Below, one piece after another: positions 9,973 to 20,193 of a stretch of 64,000 bases of DNA. Where the stretch lies: positions 4,560 through 68,559 of the IMG/VR virus record IMGVR_UViG_3300020446_000009; one strand, written 5' to 3'. The translations under genes and the position numbers were made by a program. The first letter of the stretch is position 1. The number at the start of each line of letters is the position of its first letter. The notes under the pieces were generated by a model. It had not been told where the DNA came from. It searched no databases and worked only from the letters and a program-made list of their open reading frames with translations. The stretch is from a virus.

Positions 9973-12900
9973 TTAATTATTATTATCAAGTCTTGTTTTA
10001 AGATCATTAATTTGTTCTTGTTGTTCTTGAATTGATTTTACAAGTGCAGATACTAATTTAGTATAATTCATACCTTCTATTTTACCATCTTTTTCAGATA
10101 TTAAATTTGGGTAAAGATTTTTTACTGATTCTGCTGTAAAACCAATATCGGGTGCTTTTGTTGATTTCCAATTAAATTCAACGGGTTTTAATTGCATTAC
10201 TTTATCAAGTTGAGATTCCATTGGTTGGATATTATCTTTATATCTCTCAGCTGAGGTTTCAATTAAACAAGATACTGTAGTTTTTCCAGTTGCTCCTGAA
10301 TAAGAGAATGTTTGTTGAAATTGTCCTTGTGGATCAATACTATAAGTGCAGTTACTCTGGTAAGGGTAATTTGCAGTACAATAACCACCAAACATTGTAG
10401 CACCACCAAGTCCTCCTTCTGTTGAAGTATTACCACCATGGTATCCAGTAAGCATGTTATTACCTGCAGACCAAGATGTTCCATCATATATAACAGTTCC
10501 TAGATAGGAATACGTTGGTGAATTACTATTTCCTCCCGTATTGAAAGCAGCATTTTGAGTTCCTGAACCTCTACCACCACATTCTCCACTAGGTAATGAA
10601 CCTCCTGAGGACCAAGATGTTCCATTATAATGTTCAGTAGATGTAAGTTTCCCAGGATCACCACCTGCACTTAAAGCAGCATTTTGGGTTCCTGCAAACA
10701 TCATGTTATCTATATTATTGCTTAAACCACCACTACTACTCCATGATGAACCATCATACTCTTCAGTATAATTATATCTTGAATATGGGCTATAATTAAT
10801 AAGTCCTCCAAAAGTTACACCAGCATTTTGGGTTCCCGCAGTTCCTCTTAATCTCATATTGTTATTAATCAAGGTACCACCAGAAGCCCACGATACACCA
10901 TTATAATGTTCAGTATCTGAGAATGGGTATCCTGCTACTTGTAAGGCAGCAGTTTGAGATCCCATCCCATTAGAATTTTCACTACTATTAATTAAAAAAG
11001 GACCATTACTCCAAGATGAACCATTATATTCTTCACTACAATTATATTGACCATATGGAGATGGACAATTACCAAGAAATGCTAGTGCAGCATTTTGAGC
11101 ACCCGCTCCTCCTCGATATCTTAAAACATTATTTGTAATTGCAGGAGCTAATGACCATATATAACTACCTCCTAAACTTGAATTTAAAAATGAATATTCT
11201 ACACTACCAGTTACTTGCAAAGAACCTGTTGAAAGAGATCCACTTCCTTGAATACCACCTGTTTCACCTAATATAATTGAGCTACCTGATAATACTGTAT
11301 GACCTACTGTGGGAAGAAGACTACCAGATCTAAATGAATTAGTAGCATCTCCACCAAATGATCCAGTCATTGTACCTCCAAATGATCCTGTAAATGATCC
11401 CGTGGCAACTGTATTTCCTGTAGTTCCATTAAATGATAAAGTTGTTCTAAAATACGGATCAGGTTCTGTAAATTCTTCAGTACAAGTATCATGACCTATA
11501 GGAGTATATGCACCCGCAACTAACATACATTTTGAAGTTCCGGCACCTGCTCTTTGACATGCATTAGTAGTAATCATGGCACCTGTTGAACTCCAAGAAG
11601 TTCCATTATATTGTTCAGTACAGGTACTACAGTTATAGTTTTCATCCATTCCACCTGCTGATATTCCAGCACTACTATTACCTGCTACAGCATTTGATTG
11701 TTGTGCGTTAATTAACGAACCACCTGTTGACCAAGAAGTTCCATCATATTCTTCAGTGTAACCATGGGTATAATTTGGGGTCAAATTGTACCCACCTGCT
11801 GTCATTGTAGTATTTTGAGTTCCTCCTCCAGCAAGACACATTCTACAATTATTTAAAGAACCACCTGTAGTCCATGTTGTACCATCATATTCTTCAGTCT
11901 TAGTAACTATATTCCAAACATTATATTCACATCCACCAAAAGTTAATCCAGCTGTTTCATTTCCCGAGCCAGCAAATACAAACATAGTATTGATTTGGTT
12001 ACCACCACTTGACCATGAAGAACCATTATAATGTTCAACAGAGCAAATAGCCATCCAAGTGGGAGTATCTGTACACCCACCAGCTATATAGGCAGAATTT
12101 TGGGTACCATCCCCAGCATGACATGATCTACCAACAATTGAAGAACCTCCAGTAGCCCATGAACTACCATCATATTCTTCAGTACATGTACTAAAATTCC
12201 AGTTATTAGTACCAGCCATTAATATACCTGCATTTTGAGTTCCTCCCGCAGCTGAACATGCTCTATTATTAATTAATGACCCACCTGTAGACCAGGAACC
12301 AGGAAGAGATTGTATATGTGCGAATCCCGCACTACCTGTATTTTCTAAACTACCAGATATAATAGCAGATCCGGTGTGAGGAAATCCTCCTCCTCCACCA
12401 CCAGAAATTCCAGTTAGTCCCGATCCGTCACCTACAAACGATCCAGTAAATGATCCAGTTGCTGATACATCTCCAGTTGTATTAGAATAGTCGAATGTAT
12501 TACATAAATTTAATGGAAGATTGTATTCTTCAGTTACACTTAAAAAGTTTTGACTATTACATCCACCACCTACACTTAAATTAGCTGAAGAATTATTAGT
12601 AGATGCCATACTATATCTGCATGAAGGCATAGTTGTACCAGCTGACCAAGAGGTACCATCATATAATTCTGTTAAGTCTGAGATGGAGCAAAATCCACCA
12701 AAAAGTACTGCATCATTTTGTGTTCCTCCACCTCCACTACATGCTCTTGCCGAAATCATAGTACCACCTGATGACCAAGAAGTACCATCATATAATTCTG
12801 TATTTTGGCATGCAGTATATTCATCTGTTCCACCTGCAGCTAAAGCAGCATTTTGGGTTCCTGCACCCATACTTGATTCTCTTGCCGCAATTAAACCACC

Positions 12901-13578
12901 ACCTGTTCCCCAAGAAGTACCATTATATTCTTCTGTACAACTATAAATTGTAACTGAAGGACCACCACCAAAATAGTTTCTACCCCCATGTGCTAGGGCA
13001 GCATTTTGGGTTCCTTCTCCTCCTATACCATATCTAGCTTGAATTAAAGCACCACCAGTAGACCATAATGTACCATCATATTCTTCAGTACAAGATGAGT
13101 AAGATGGATGAGGTTCACCTCCAAATATTAATCCTGCATTTATAGTTCCTGCTGTTCCTGCTTTATTGTGGCCATCAATTAAAGCACCACCTGCTGTCCA
13201 TGAAGAACCATCATATTCTTCAGTACATAAACAACAGGCAGCAGGGTTTGCATAGCCACCAGCTGCTACTGCGGCATTTTGGGTTCCAAATCCCCCTACC
13301 TGAGTCCTTCCTGTAATTAAACTACCACCAGCGCCCCATGCTCCTGAACCAGAATAAAATTGATAAGCAAATTTTACACTACCAGTTACATTTAAACTAC
13401 CTGATATATCAGCAGATCCGGTGTGAGGAAATCCTCCTCCTCCACCACCACCACCACTACCAGCATTTTCGGCATATGAAGCAGTTATAGCATAAGAGGC
13501 AGAGTTTATTAATCCAGTGGATTCAATGCTACCACTTACTGTAAGAGAACCGGTAATTATAGGATTGTGTATTAACAT
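9973..13578 (-). CDS. Tail fibre with three Kelch-like propeller blocks and C-terminal intramolecular chaperone (peptidase S74-like)
   Basis: About 18 TEEYDGxSWxxGG/GTQNAA repeats in three blocks; C-terminal ETSAERYKDNI...IGFTAE...YTKLVSALVKSIQEQQEQI. Confidence 0.85.
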   Translation of the reverse strand: MLIHNPIITGSLTVSGSIESTGLINSASYAITASYAENAGSGGGGGGGGFPHTGSADISGSLNVTGSVKFAYQFYSGSGAWGAGGSLITGRTQVGGFGTQNAAVAAGGYANPAACCLCTEEYDGSSWTAGGALIDGHNKAGTAGTINAGLIFGGEPHPSYSSCTEEYDGTLWSTGGALIQARYGIGGEGTQNAALAHGGRNYFGGGPSVTIYSCTEEYNGTSWGTGGGLIAARESSMGAGTQNAALAAGGTDEYTACQNTELYDGTSWSSGGTMISARACSGGGGTQNDAVLFGGFCSISDLTELYDGTSWSAGTTMPSCRYSMASTNNSSANLSVGGGCNSQNFLSVTEEYNLPLNLCNTFDYSNTTGDVSATGSFTGSFVGDGSGLTGISGGGGGGFPHTGSAIISGSLENTGSAGFAHIQSLPGSWSTGGSLINNRACSAAGGTQNAGILMAGTNNWNFSTCTEEYDGSSWATGGSSIVGRSCHAGDGTQNSAYIAGGCTDTPTWMAICSVEHYNGSSWSSGGNQINTMFVFAGSGNETAGLTFGGCEYNVWNIVTKTEEYDGTTWTTGGSLNNCRMCLAGGGTQNTTMTAGGYNLTPNYTHGYTEEYDGTSWSTGGSLINAQQSNAVAGNSSAGISAGGMDENYNCSTCTEQYNGTSWSSTGAMITTNACQRAGAGTSKCMLVAGAYTPIGHDTCTEEFTEPDPYFRTTLSFNGTTGNTVATGSFTGSFGGTMTGSFGGDATNSFRSGSLLPTVGHTVLSGSSIILGETGGIQGSGSLSTGSLQVTGSVEYSFLNSSLGGSYIWSLAPAITNNVLRYRGGAGAQNAALAFLGNCPSPYGQYNCSEEYNGSSWSNGPFLINSSENSNGMGSQTAALQVAGYPFSDTEHYNGVSWASGGTLINNNMRLRGTAGTQNAGVTFGGLINYSPYSRYNYTEEYDGSSWSSSGGLSNNIDNMMFAGTQNAALSAGGDPGKLTSTEHYNGTSWSSGGSLPSGECGGRGSGTQNAAFNTGGNSNSPTYSYLGTVIYDGTSWSAGNNMLTGYHGGNTSTEGGLGGATMFGGYCTANYPYQSNCTYSIDPQGQFQQTFSYSGATGKTTVSCLIETSAERYKDNIQPMESQLDKVMQLKPVEFNWKSTKAPDIGFTAESVKNLYPNLISEKDGKIEGMNYTKLVSALVKSIQEQQEQINDLKTRLDNNN

Positions 13579-14845
13579 CTTATTTATTTTCTTTTATAAT
13601 ATTTTTTAACTCATTAATTTGTTCTTGTTGTTCTTGAATAGATTGAATTAATATTGATACCATTTTAGAATATTGTATTCCTTCAACTTCACCCTTTTGA
13701 TTATGTCCAATAAATTCAGGGTATAATTTATTTACTTCTTCTGCAACTAACCCAATATGTTGATCTTGTGTTGGAGACCAAGTATAAGATACAGGTTTTA
13801 ATTGCATTACTTTATCTAATTGTGGATTTAGTGGTTGAATATCTTCTTTATATCTTAAAGCAGAAGATTCTACAAATGTAGTTGATGTTGTAGTTCCAGT
13901 ATCTTTATCATAAACAAATCCTGGAATATATGAACCTGGTGGTGAAAATTCTTCTGTACAATTAAATCTAGATGGATAAAATCCTCCAGCAAATACAGCT
14001 GAGGTTGAATTACCAAATCCTGCAACTTGATTTCTTGATTGAATAAATGAGCCCGCCGAACTCCATGAACTACCATCCCATGTTTCCCCACTAGAAATTA
14101 CAGTTGGGGTTCCTGATGCTCCTGCACCATGTCCTGCTAGATAAGCATTAGCGGAAGCAGCAGCTGCACCTCTCCAATAACTTATATTTATTGTATTAGT
14201 TCCAACCGTCCAACTAGATCCATCATACTCTTCAGTACAATTAAAATAAGAATTAGAATATCCTGGGCCTCTACCTCCTATTAATAATGAAGAGTTTTGG
14301 GTTCCTGCTCCTCCATGTGCCGCCCTTCCTACAATTAAAGCACCACCTGATGACCAAGATGAACCATCATATTCTTCGGTAGCTGTCATAAAATTAGAAG
14401 TTCCATATCCACCATAAGCTAATCCGGCATTTTGTGTACCACCCGCGGCATGGTTTTTTCTTGTATTAATCATAGCACCTCCAGTAGCCCAGGAAGTACC
14501 ATCATATTCTTCAGTATCAGATATGATTGATGGTGTATTACCCCCTGTTCCTATAGCAGCAGTTGAGGTTCCTGCTCCCTTCATTTGTTGTCTTGCTGTA
14601 ATTATATTACCACCTGCACTATAGGAAGTACCATTATATTCTTCAGTACAATTAGAATAAGATGGACCTACATAACCACCAAATACTATTCCAGCTGTTG
14701 ATGATGCACCCGCCCCACCAGGACTTGATTTACTTTGGTTTAAAGTATCAGCACTAGAAAAAACAGCAGTTCCCGCAGTTGAATCAAATCTTGGGAATGA
14801 TACACTACCAGTTACATTTAAACTACCTGATATATCAGCAGATCC
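13375..14845. repeat. 45-bp identical direct repeat shared by two fibre genes (13375-13419 and 14801-14845)
   Basis: tacactaccagttacatttaaactacctgatatatcagcagatcc in both; a 40-bp identity also links 12364-12403 with 13411-13450. Confidence 0.85.
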
Positions 14846-17800
14846 TGTAAAAGGAAATCCACTCCCACCTCCAGCATTTTCAGCATAGGATGCTGTTATG
14901 GCATAAGAGGAACTTAAAACTAATGCTTCACTTCCTCCATCAGTTTGTACTCTTAATCTACCACTATGTACACTTACTCTTCTTTGAGATGAAGTATCTG
15001 ATCCAATAATAAGTTCATCAACTATAATTTTTTTCCTAGTAGATCCTACATGGAAACTAACGTGACCATCTGCATCTCTTGATATTTCAGTACCTCCTAA
15101 ATTAATTGTAGAACCACTTAAATATAAATCTTTCCAACGTAAAGATGAAGAACCTAAATCATATGTTTCATTTTGAGAAGGAACTAAGTGCCCACTAGCA
15201 GTTATAGCCCCTCCCGACCCATTTAAGTGACTAATAAGGTGTCCACCTTCAGTTACTACTATATGCCCCGAACTTGTAGCTGCAAATGTAACAGTAGCAA
15301 CATTAGCACTACTTAAAGTTACACTTTCGGGTATAATTTGTGTGTTACTAGAATCGTATACTATAACATTAACATTTAAACTATTAAAGTTATGAGTTAC
15401 TGTTTCCGAAACAGAGTTTGTAAATGAAGAAGTTACTGTAGTTTCTGTTGAAATACTTGCAGTTACTCCTGTTAATCCACTACCATCTCCCGATATAGTA
15501 CCTCCTACAACAGTTAATGATCCCGATATACCAGCTGAACCTGTAAATGGAAAGCCAGTTCCTGTTCCACCACCTGAACCTGTTGCCACAGTAACAGCAA
15601 AAGTTGAAGAATCTCCTTTAGTAAAAGTAATAGTATTACTTGTTGCAGAAGCAGTTGTTAATAAACTACCAGTGTTAACACTACCCGCATTTTCGGCAAA
15701 GGATGCTGTTATAGCATGAGAAGAAGTTATAGCATAAGATGCACTTGTAACTGTCCCATCTACATTAGATGCCGCTACATAAGAAGCTGTTTGAGCTGTA
15801 GTAACATAAGAAGCTGTTGTTGCTGTACCTTGTAAAGATCCGGTTGCAACTAAATCATATAAATCAATTAGTTGAATTGTATTGCCCATTCCATTACCAT
15901 GAACAGTACAATAATATTTTAATGAGCTTGAAGTAGCAAAATCTACATCAAATTCTACATAAGCACCTGTGTTACCTGCTGTACCTACTGTTGTAACACC
16001 TGTTGTATATGAAGTGTTATCAGGTAATCTAAAAGCTAATGGATGATTATTATTTGTAGAATCAGATAGGTCAAATCTATAAGTAGTACCTTTATTAAGA
16101 GATAATTTTGGTGCTGTTACACCATCAAAAGCATATTTATTACCTCCATCACTTACTACTGTTACAATAATTTCATCATACTTATCTTCAGTTTGTAATA
16201 CATTAGTCCAAGCTGAACCTGAATATACTTGATATTTGCCTACAGTTGTATTAAAAATTACATCACCATTTTGAGCTGTAAATGTTCCTCTTTCAGTTGT
16301 AGTAAGTGAAGCAACTCTAAATGGAGAGGAAGTTACAACAACGGCATCGGAAGCACTTAAATTTAGACTTGTTGGAGAAAATAAAGCAGGTATGCCTGTT
16401 AAACTGGGATCTAAATTAAACCCATAAGAAGTAACAGATCCAGTTATATTAACAGAACCTGTGATTGTTTGATTTCCTATAAAAGTATTACTACCTGTAG
16501 TAGCATATGAACCTGTTTTACTTGTAAGGGTTGTTATATCGGCTACATTTCCTCCTATGCTAGCAGCTATAGATGCAGAAGTTGATGTAAAGGCACCTGA
16601 TATATCAGAAGCAATTTGGGCCGAACTTGATAATAAGGTATTGCTTAATTCGGATTCTGCTGTTGTAATTCTTGTACTAAATGAAGCACTATCCGCTACT
16701 AAACCGGCTACATCAGAAGCAACTGAAGAACTGTTAGTAGTTATACTGGCTACATTTGCCGCTATACTACTAGCAAATGAAGCACTATCTGCCTTAGTAG
16801 CAATATTTGTTGCTAAGGAACTAGATAGTGAAGCAGTAGCAGTATTTAATACTGATGTTATTATTATATCTTCTCCATTAATTTTATAAGAACTACCAGT
16901 TACTAAAAGCGATCCTGTTCTTATATGGGTATCATCTAGAGTATCTCCAAATTTAGTTGAACCACTTGAAAATATTACAGAAGAAGTTTCATATATTGTT
17001 TTCAGATAATTAATAGAGGCAGTACCTTGTACTGCTATATCTTCTGTAAATGTTTTAGTTCCCGCTATAGACTGATTTCCTGTTATTTTTACAGCACTAC
17101 CATCTAAAGTAGCTATATCAGTTGCAATAGAAGCACTTGTTGAAGTAAAAGCACCTGATATATCAGAAGCAATTTGAGCTGAACTAGATATTGTACCTGC
17201 GGCAACAACTCCAGTTAAACCAGAACCATCACCAGTAAATGAACCAGTATATGTTATAGTGGTTGTAGATAATGATGAACTAAAAGTTTCCTGAGATGTT
17301 ACTCTTGTACTAAATGAGGCACTATCTGCTACTAAACCAGCTATATCAGAAGCGGCGGAAGCACTATTTGTAATTATGCTAGCGACATTTGCCGCTATAC
17401 TACTAGCAGCTGAAGCACTATTTGTAGTTATATCAGATTTATTTGTTGATATATCTGCTGATAGACTTGAACTTAAACTTGCGGTTGCACTATTTAATTC
17501 TGCTTCGGTAGCAAAAGTTGCATCTAATGATGAGCTAAAGGTTTCTTGAGCTGTTACTCGTGTACTAAATGATGCAGAAGGTGCTGTAAAAGCACCTGAT
17601 ATATCAGAAGCAATTTGGGCCGAGCTACTAAGTGTTCCGGCTGCTGTTACACCTGTTAAATTTGATCCATCTCCTGTAAATGAGCCCGTAAATGAGCCTG
17701 TAAAATTACCATCTCCACTTGTAGCAAAAGATGCAGAAGTAGCAGATAATACTGTACCATCTACACTACCCCCACCTACGTAAGAAGCAGTTAATGAAGT

Positions 17801-17968
17801 ATTTGCTATATTGGCTACAGTAGCTAAAGAAGAAGTACCTACAATATTTCCTATAAAACTTCCTGTAAAAGAACCAGAAAGAGATGATCCAGAAATAGAT
17901 GTAAAATTTGCAGCGGTTCCATCAATATTAGAACTAGCAGAGAGATTGACTCCTTTTAAATATGCCAT
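13580..17968 (-). CDS. Long tail fibre: Ser/Thr/Ala-rich stalk, cupredoxin-like insert, one Kelch-like propeller, S74-like chaperone
   Basis: Three SSSAQIASDISGAFT repeats; YDLGSSSLRWKDLYL fibre motif; HP...YYCTVHGNGMG; C-terminal ESSALRYKEDI...IGLVAEEV...IQEQQEQI. Confidence 0.85.
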   Translation of the reverse strand: MAYLKGVNLSASSNIDGTAANFTSISGSSLSGSFTGSFIGNIVGTSSLATVANIANTSLTASYVGGGSVDGTVLSATSASFATSGDGNFTGSFTGSFTGDGSNLTGVTAAGTLSSSAQIASDISGAFTAPSASFSTRVTAQETFSSSLDATFATEAELNSATASLSSSLSADISTNKSDITTNSASAASSIAANVASIITNSASAASDIAGLVADSASFSTRVTSQETFSSSLSTTTITYTGSFTGDGSGLTGVVAAGTISSSAQIASDISGAFTSTSASIATDIATLDGSAVKITGNQSIAGTKTFTEDIAVQGTASINYLKTIYETSSVIFSSGSTKFGDTLDDTHIRTGSLLVTGSSYKINGEDIIITSVLNTATASLSSSLATNIATKADSASFASSIAANVASITTNSSSVASDVAGLVADSASFSTRITTAESELSNTLLSSSAQIASDISGAFTSTSASIAASIGGNVADITTLTSKTGSYATTGSNTFIGNQTITGSVNITGSVTSYGFNLDPSLTGIPALFSPTSLNLSASDAVVVTSSPFRVASLTTTERGTFTAQNGDVIFNTTVGKYQVYSGSAWTNVLQTEDKYDEIIVTVVSDGGNKYAFDGVTAPKLSLNKGTTYRFDLSDSTNNNHPLAFRLPDNTSYTTGVTTVGTAGNTGAYVEFDVDFATSSSLKYYCTVHGNGMGNTIQLIDLYDLVATGSLQGTATTASYVTTAQTASYVAASNVDGTVTSASYAITSSHAITASFAENAGSVNTGSLLTTASATSNTITFTKGDSSTFAVTVATGSGGGTGTGFPFTGSAGISGSLTVVGGTISGDGSGLTGVTASISTETTVTSSFTNSVSETVTHNFNSLNVNVIVYDSSNTQIIPESVTLSSANVATVTFAATSSGHIVVTEGGHLISHLNGSGGAITASGHLVPSQNETYDLGSSSLRWKDLYLSGSTINLGGTEISRDADGHVSFHVGSTRKKIIVDELIIGSDTSSQRRVSVHSGRLRVQTDGGSEALVLSSSYAITASYAENAGGGSGFPFTGSADISGSLNVTGSVSFPRFDSTAGTAVFSSADTLNQSKSSPGGAGASSTAGIVFGGYVGPSYSNCTEEYNGTSYSAGGNIITARQQMKGAGTSTAAIGTGGNTPSIISDTEEYDGTSWATGGAMINTRKNHAAGGTQNAGLAYGGYGTSNFMTATEEYDGSSWSSGGALIVGRAAHGGAGTQNSSLLIGGRGPGYSNSYFNCTEEYDGSSWTVGTNTINISYWRGAAAASANAYLAGHGAGASGTPTVISSGETWDGSSWSSAGSFIQSRNQVAGFGNSTSAVFAGGFYPSRFNCTEEFSPPGSYIPGFVYDKDTGTTTSTTFVESSALRYKEDIQPLNPQLDKVMQLKPVSYTWSPTQDQHIGLVAEEVNKLYPEFIGHNQKGEVEGIQYSKMVSILIQSIQEQQEQINELKNIIKENK

Positions 17969-18048
17969 GGTTTATTTTAGATATCTTTATTATAAATATT
18001 GATTGAAACTAACTTATACTACAAGCTTTGTTATAAATATTAAATAAG

Positions 18049-18597
18049 TTATTCCAAATAAAATCCAGAAATTTGAAGTGTATATTTATCCTTCATTCCT
18101 CCATTCATAGATAAGTGAAGTACTTTATCGGACCATAAAAATCCATCTCCTGCCTTCCAATCTACTGATGTTTTCCATTTTTTATTATTGTTTATATCTT
18201 GATATTGAATCATATGTCCTACTTTCCAATCTTCAAGATAAATATTTGCACGTACCTTAGTACGTTTATCATTTGGGTATAATTTTTTAAATTTAAAAAA
18301 AGTATCCCTATGTAATGTTACAACATTTCCTGGGGGTTGTAAAATTGAGGAGCATGTTTTTGCCTCAATATTTAACTCTTTAGCTAATTCTTTAACTATA
18401 GGATGTTCAACGTCATGCCATATTTGTTGTATAACTGTATTATTTTCATCAAATGAATAACCATCACCATATTCAGTATATAAATCGTTTTGTTCCTCTC
18501 TTTGATAAGAAATACAAGAACCTTTATGTACAGAATAGTCTGCTAAAGGTGGGAGAAAGAAATTATAATCAAAATCTAAATTTAGGTGTTGTAACAT
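18049..18597 (-). CDS. Cupin/2OG-Fe(II) hydroxylase-like protein (Asp/Asn beta-hydroxylase-like)
   Basis: QPPGNVVTLHRD (HxD), WKAGDGFLW, distal His in VLHLSMNGG, KYTLQISG. Confidence 0.6.
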   Translation of the reverse strand: MLQHLNLDFDYNFFLPPLADYSVHKGSCISYQREEQNDLYTEYGDGYSFDENNTVIQQIWHDVEHPIVKELAKELNIEAKTCSSILQPPGNVVTLHRDTFFKFKKLYPNDKRTKVRANIYLEDWKVGHMIQYQDINNNKKWKTSVDWKAGDGFLWSDKVLHLSMNGGMKDKYTLQISGFYLE

Positions 18598-18622
18598 TAT
18601 TTAACTTTATTATAAATATTTA

Positions 18623-20191
18623 TTATTTTTGGATGTGATAATTTTCTAAAATTAATCCATCCATTTCTGTATTTTCTAACATCCATATAGCATCTCTATA
18701 AGTGTTAAGTATAGGTTTACCCGCTATATTAAATGATGTATTAAGTAGTACTCCAATTCCTGTTCTTTGATCCATCCAAGTTAATAGTTCATATAACCAA
18801 GGGTTTTGTTTTTGGGTTACAGTTTGAACCCTAGCTGTCCCATCAATATGAGTAATTGCCTCTAATTTAGATTTATATTCTTCTTTAACCTTAGGGCAAA
18901 AAGACATCCACCTTGATTCCTGATTAAATTCAAAAAATTTATTTACATCTTTTAATCTAACTACAGGAGCAAAAGGTCTATAATATTCTCTATTTTTTAC
19001 TTTTTTATTTAAAATATCTTTCATATTAGGAATTGAAGGGTTACATAATATACTTCTATTTCCTAAAGCCCTAGGACCTATTTCACTTCTTCCTCTTACT
19101 ACACCTATAATTTTTCCTGGTATTAATAAATCATCTATTATTTTTTCTGGAGTTATATAATCCGATTTATGTTTATGGACATATTCATGTAAAGAATTTT
19201 TATCCCATACTTCTGGTCCCATATATGTAGCATCAAAAGCAGTTTTTGGTTTTAAATAACTTAACATAAAACCTAAAGATAAACCACTATCATTTGGATT
19301 AGGAGGAATAAATGTTCTAGTTATATTATTTACAGCAGTATTATTTAATATATTTAAAGCACAACCCCCGGATAATATTAAATTACCTTTACTAGCATCT
19401 ATATAATCTTTACTTACTTCATAAAATATATCCTCAAATATTTTTTGTGAAGTTCTACTCATATCTAATTCTAAATCTCCTTCTAAACATTTAGGAAGAT
19501 TAAGGTCTTTTTTTAATTGAGCATAATTTCTTAATTTACTAAATTTAAAATTATCATGACCTTTATAATATTTTCTTAATGATGGGATCCATTCCTTTCT
19601 AATTGATCCATACCCTGATAATCCCATTAATTTTCCAGCGTATACTAAATAAGCAAATGACCAAGGATCTTGTCTTATTGAAGGGGTATATCTACCAATT
19701 TCAGCATATTTTTCCCCAATATTATAATCATAATCCATCCAATCTAATTCAACTCCTTTTTCTCTGGTGGCATTATAAAAATTAAAACACCCATCATTTC
19801 CACCACCATCAAAACTAATAATTTTAGCTTCTTGTAAATCTGATTGGTAAAAAGCACCACTGGCATGGCCAAATTGATGGTATACTTCTATTATATTTTT
19901 GCAATTAAAAAAAGAAAGGATATTATCTTTTTTACCTAAATGAGAGCTCCAAGTATTTACATCATCATGATTACAAATTAAATTTTCATAATTTTCAGCA
20001 CCATATTTTTCCTTAAAATAATTTAATATTTGCCGAGTACAATTTAAAGGATTATGGGTAAAAAAATACCATAATAAACCGGCATTTTTTACATTAGTAT
20101 ATCTTTCTAATTCTAAAATTTCTAAAATTTGATCACCTTTTGATACAGTAAAAGAACAATTATGGCCAGAATATATAGCTAAATTATACAT
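18623..20191 (-). CDS. Carbamoyltransferase (NodU/CmcH family)
   Basis: ELERY, HQFGHASGAFYQS, DGGG, AGKLMGLSGYG, LSGGCALN, PNDSGLSLG, GRSEIGPRALGNRSIL, REYYRPFAP, HIDGTARVQTV, LLNTSFN. Confidence 0.92.
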   Translation of the reverse strand: MYNLAIYSGHNCSFTVSKGDQILEILELERYTNVKNAGLLWYFFTHNPLNCTRQILNYFKEKYGAENYENLICNHDDVNTWSSHLGKKDNILSFFNCKNIIEVYHQFGHASGAFYQSDLQEAKIISFDGGGNDGCFNFYNATREKGVELDWMDYDYNIGEKYAEIGRYTPSIRQDPWSFAYLVYAGKLMGLSGYGSIRKEWIPSLRKYYKGHDNFKFSKLRNYAQLKKDLNLPKCLEGDLELDMSRTSQKIFEDIFYEVSKDYIDASKGNLILSGGCALNILNNTAVNNITRTFIPPNPNDSGLSLGFMLSYLKPKTAFDATYMGPEVWDKNSLHEYVHKHKSDYITPEKIIDDLLIPGKIIGVVRGRSEIGPRALGNRSILCNPSIPNMKDILNKKVKNREYYRPFAPVVRLKDVNKFFEFNQESRWMSFCPKVKEEYKSKLEAITHIDGTARVQTVTQKQNPWLYELLTWMDQRTGIGVLLNTSFNIAGKPILNTYRDAIWMLENTEMDGLILENYHIQK

Positions 20192-20193
20192 TA

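Noticed and set aside
9973-17968. Diversity-generating retroelement template/variable repeats
   Set aside because: No reverse transcriptase in the window; the repeats are either identical or differ at synonymous sites, not specifically at adenines.
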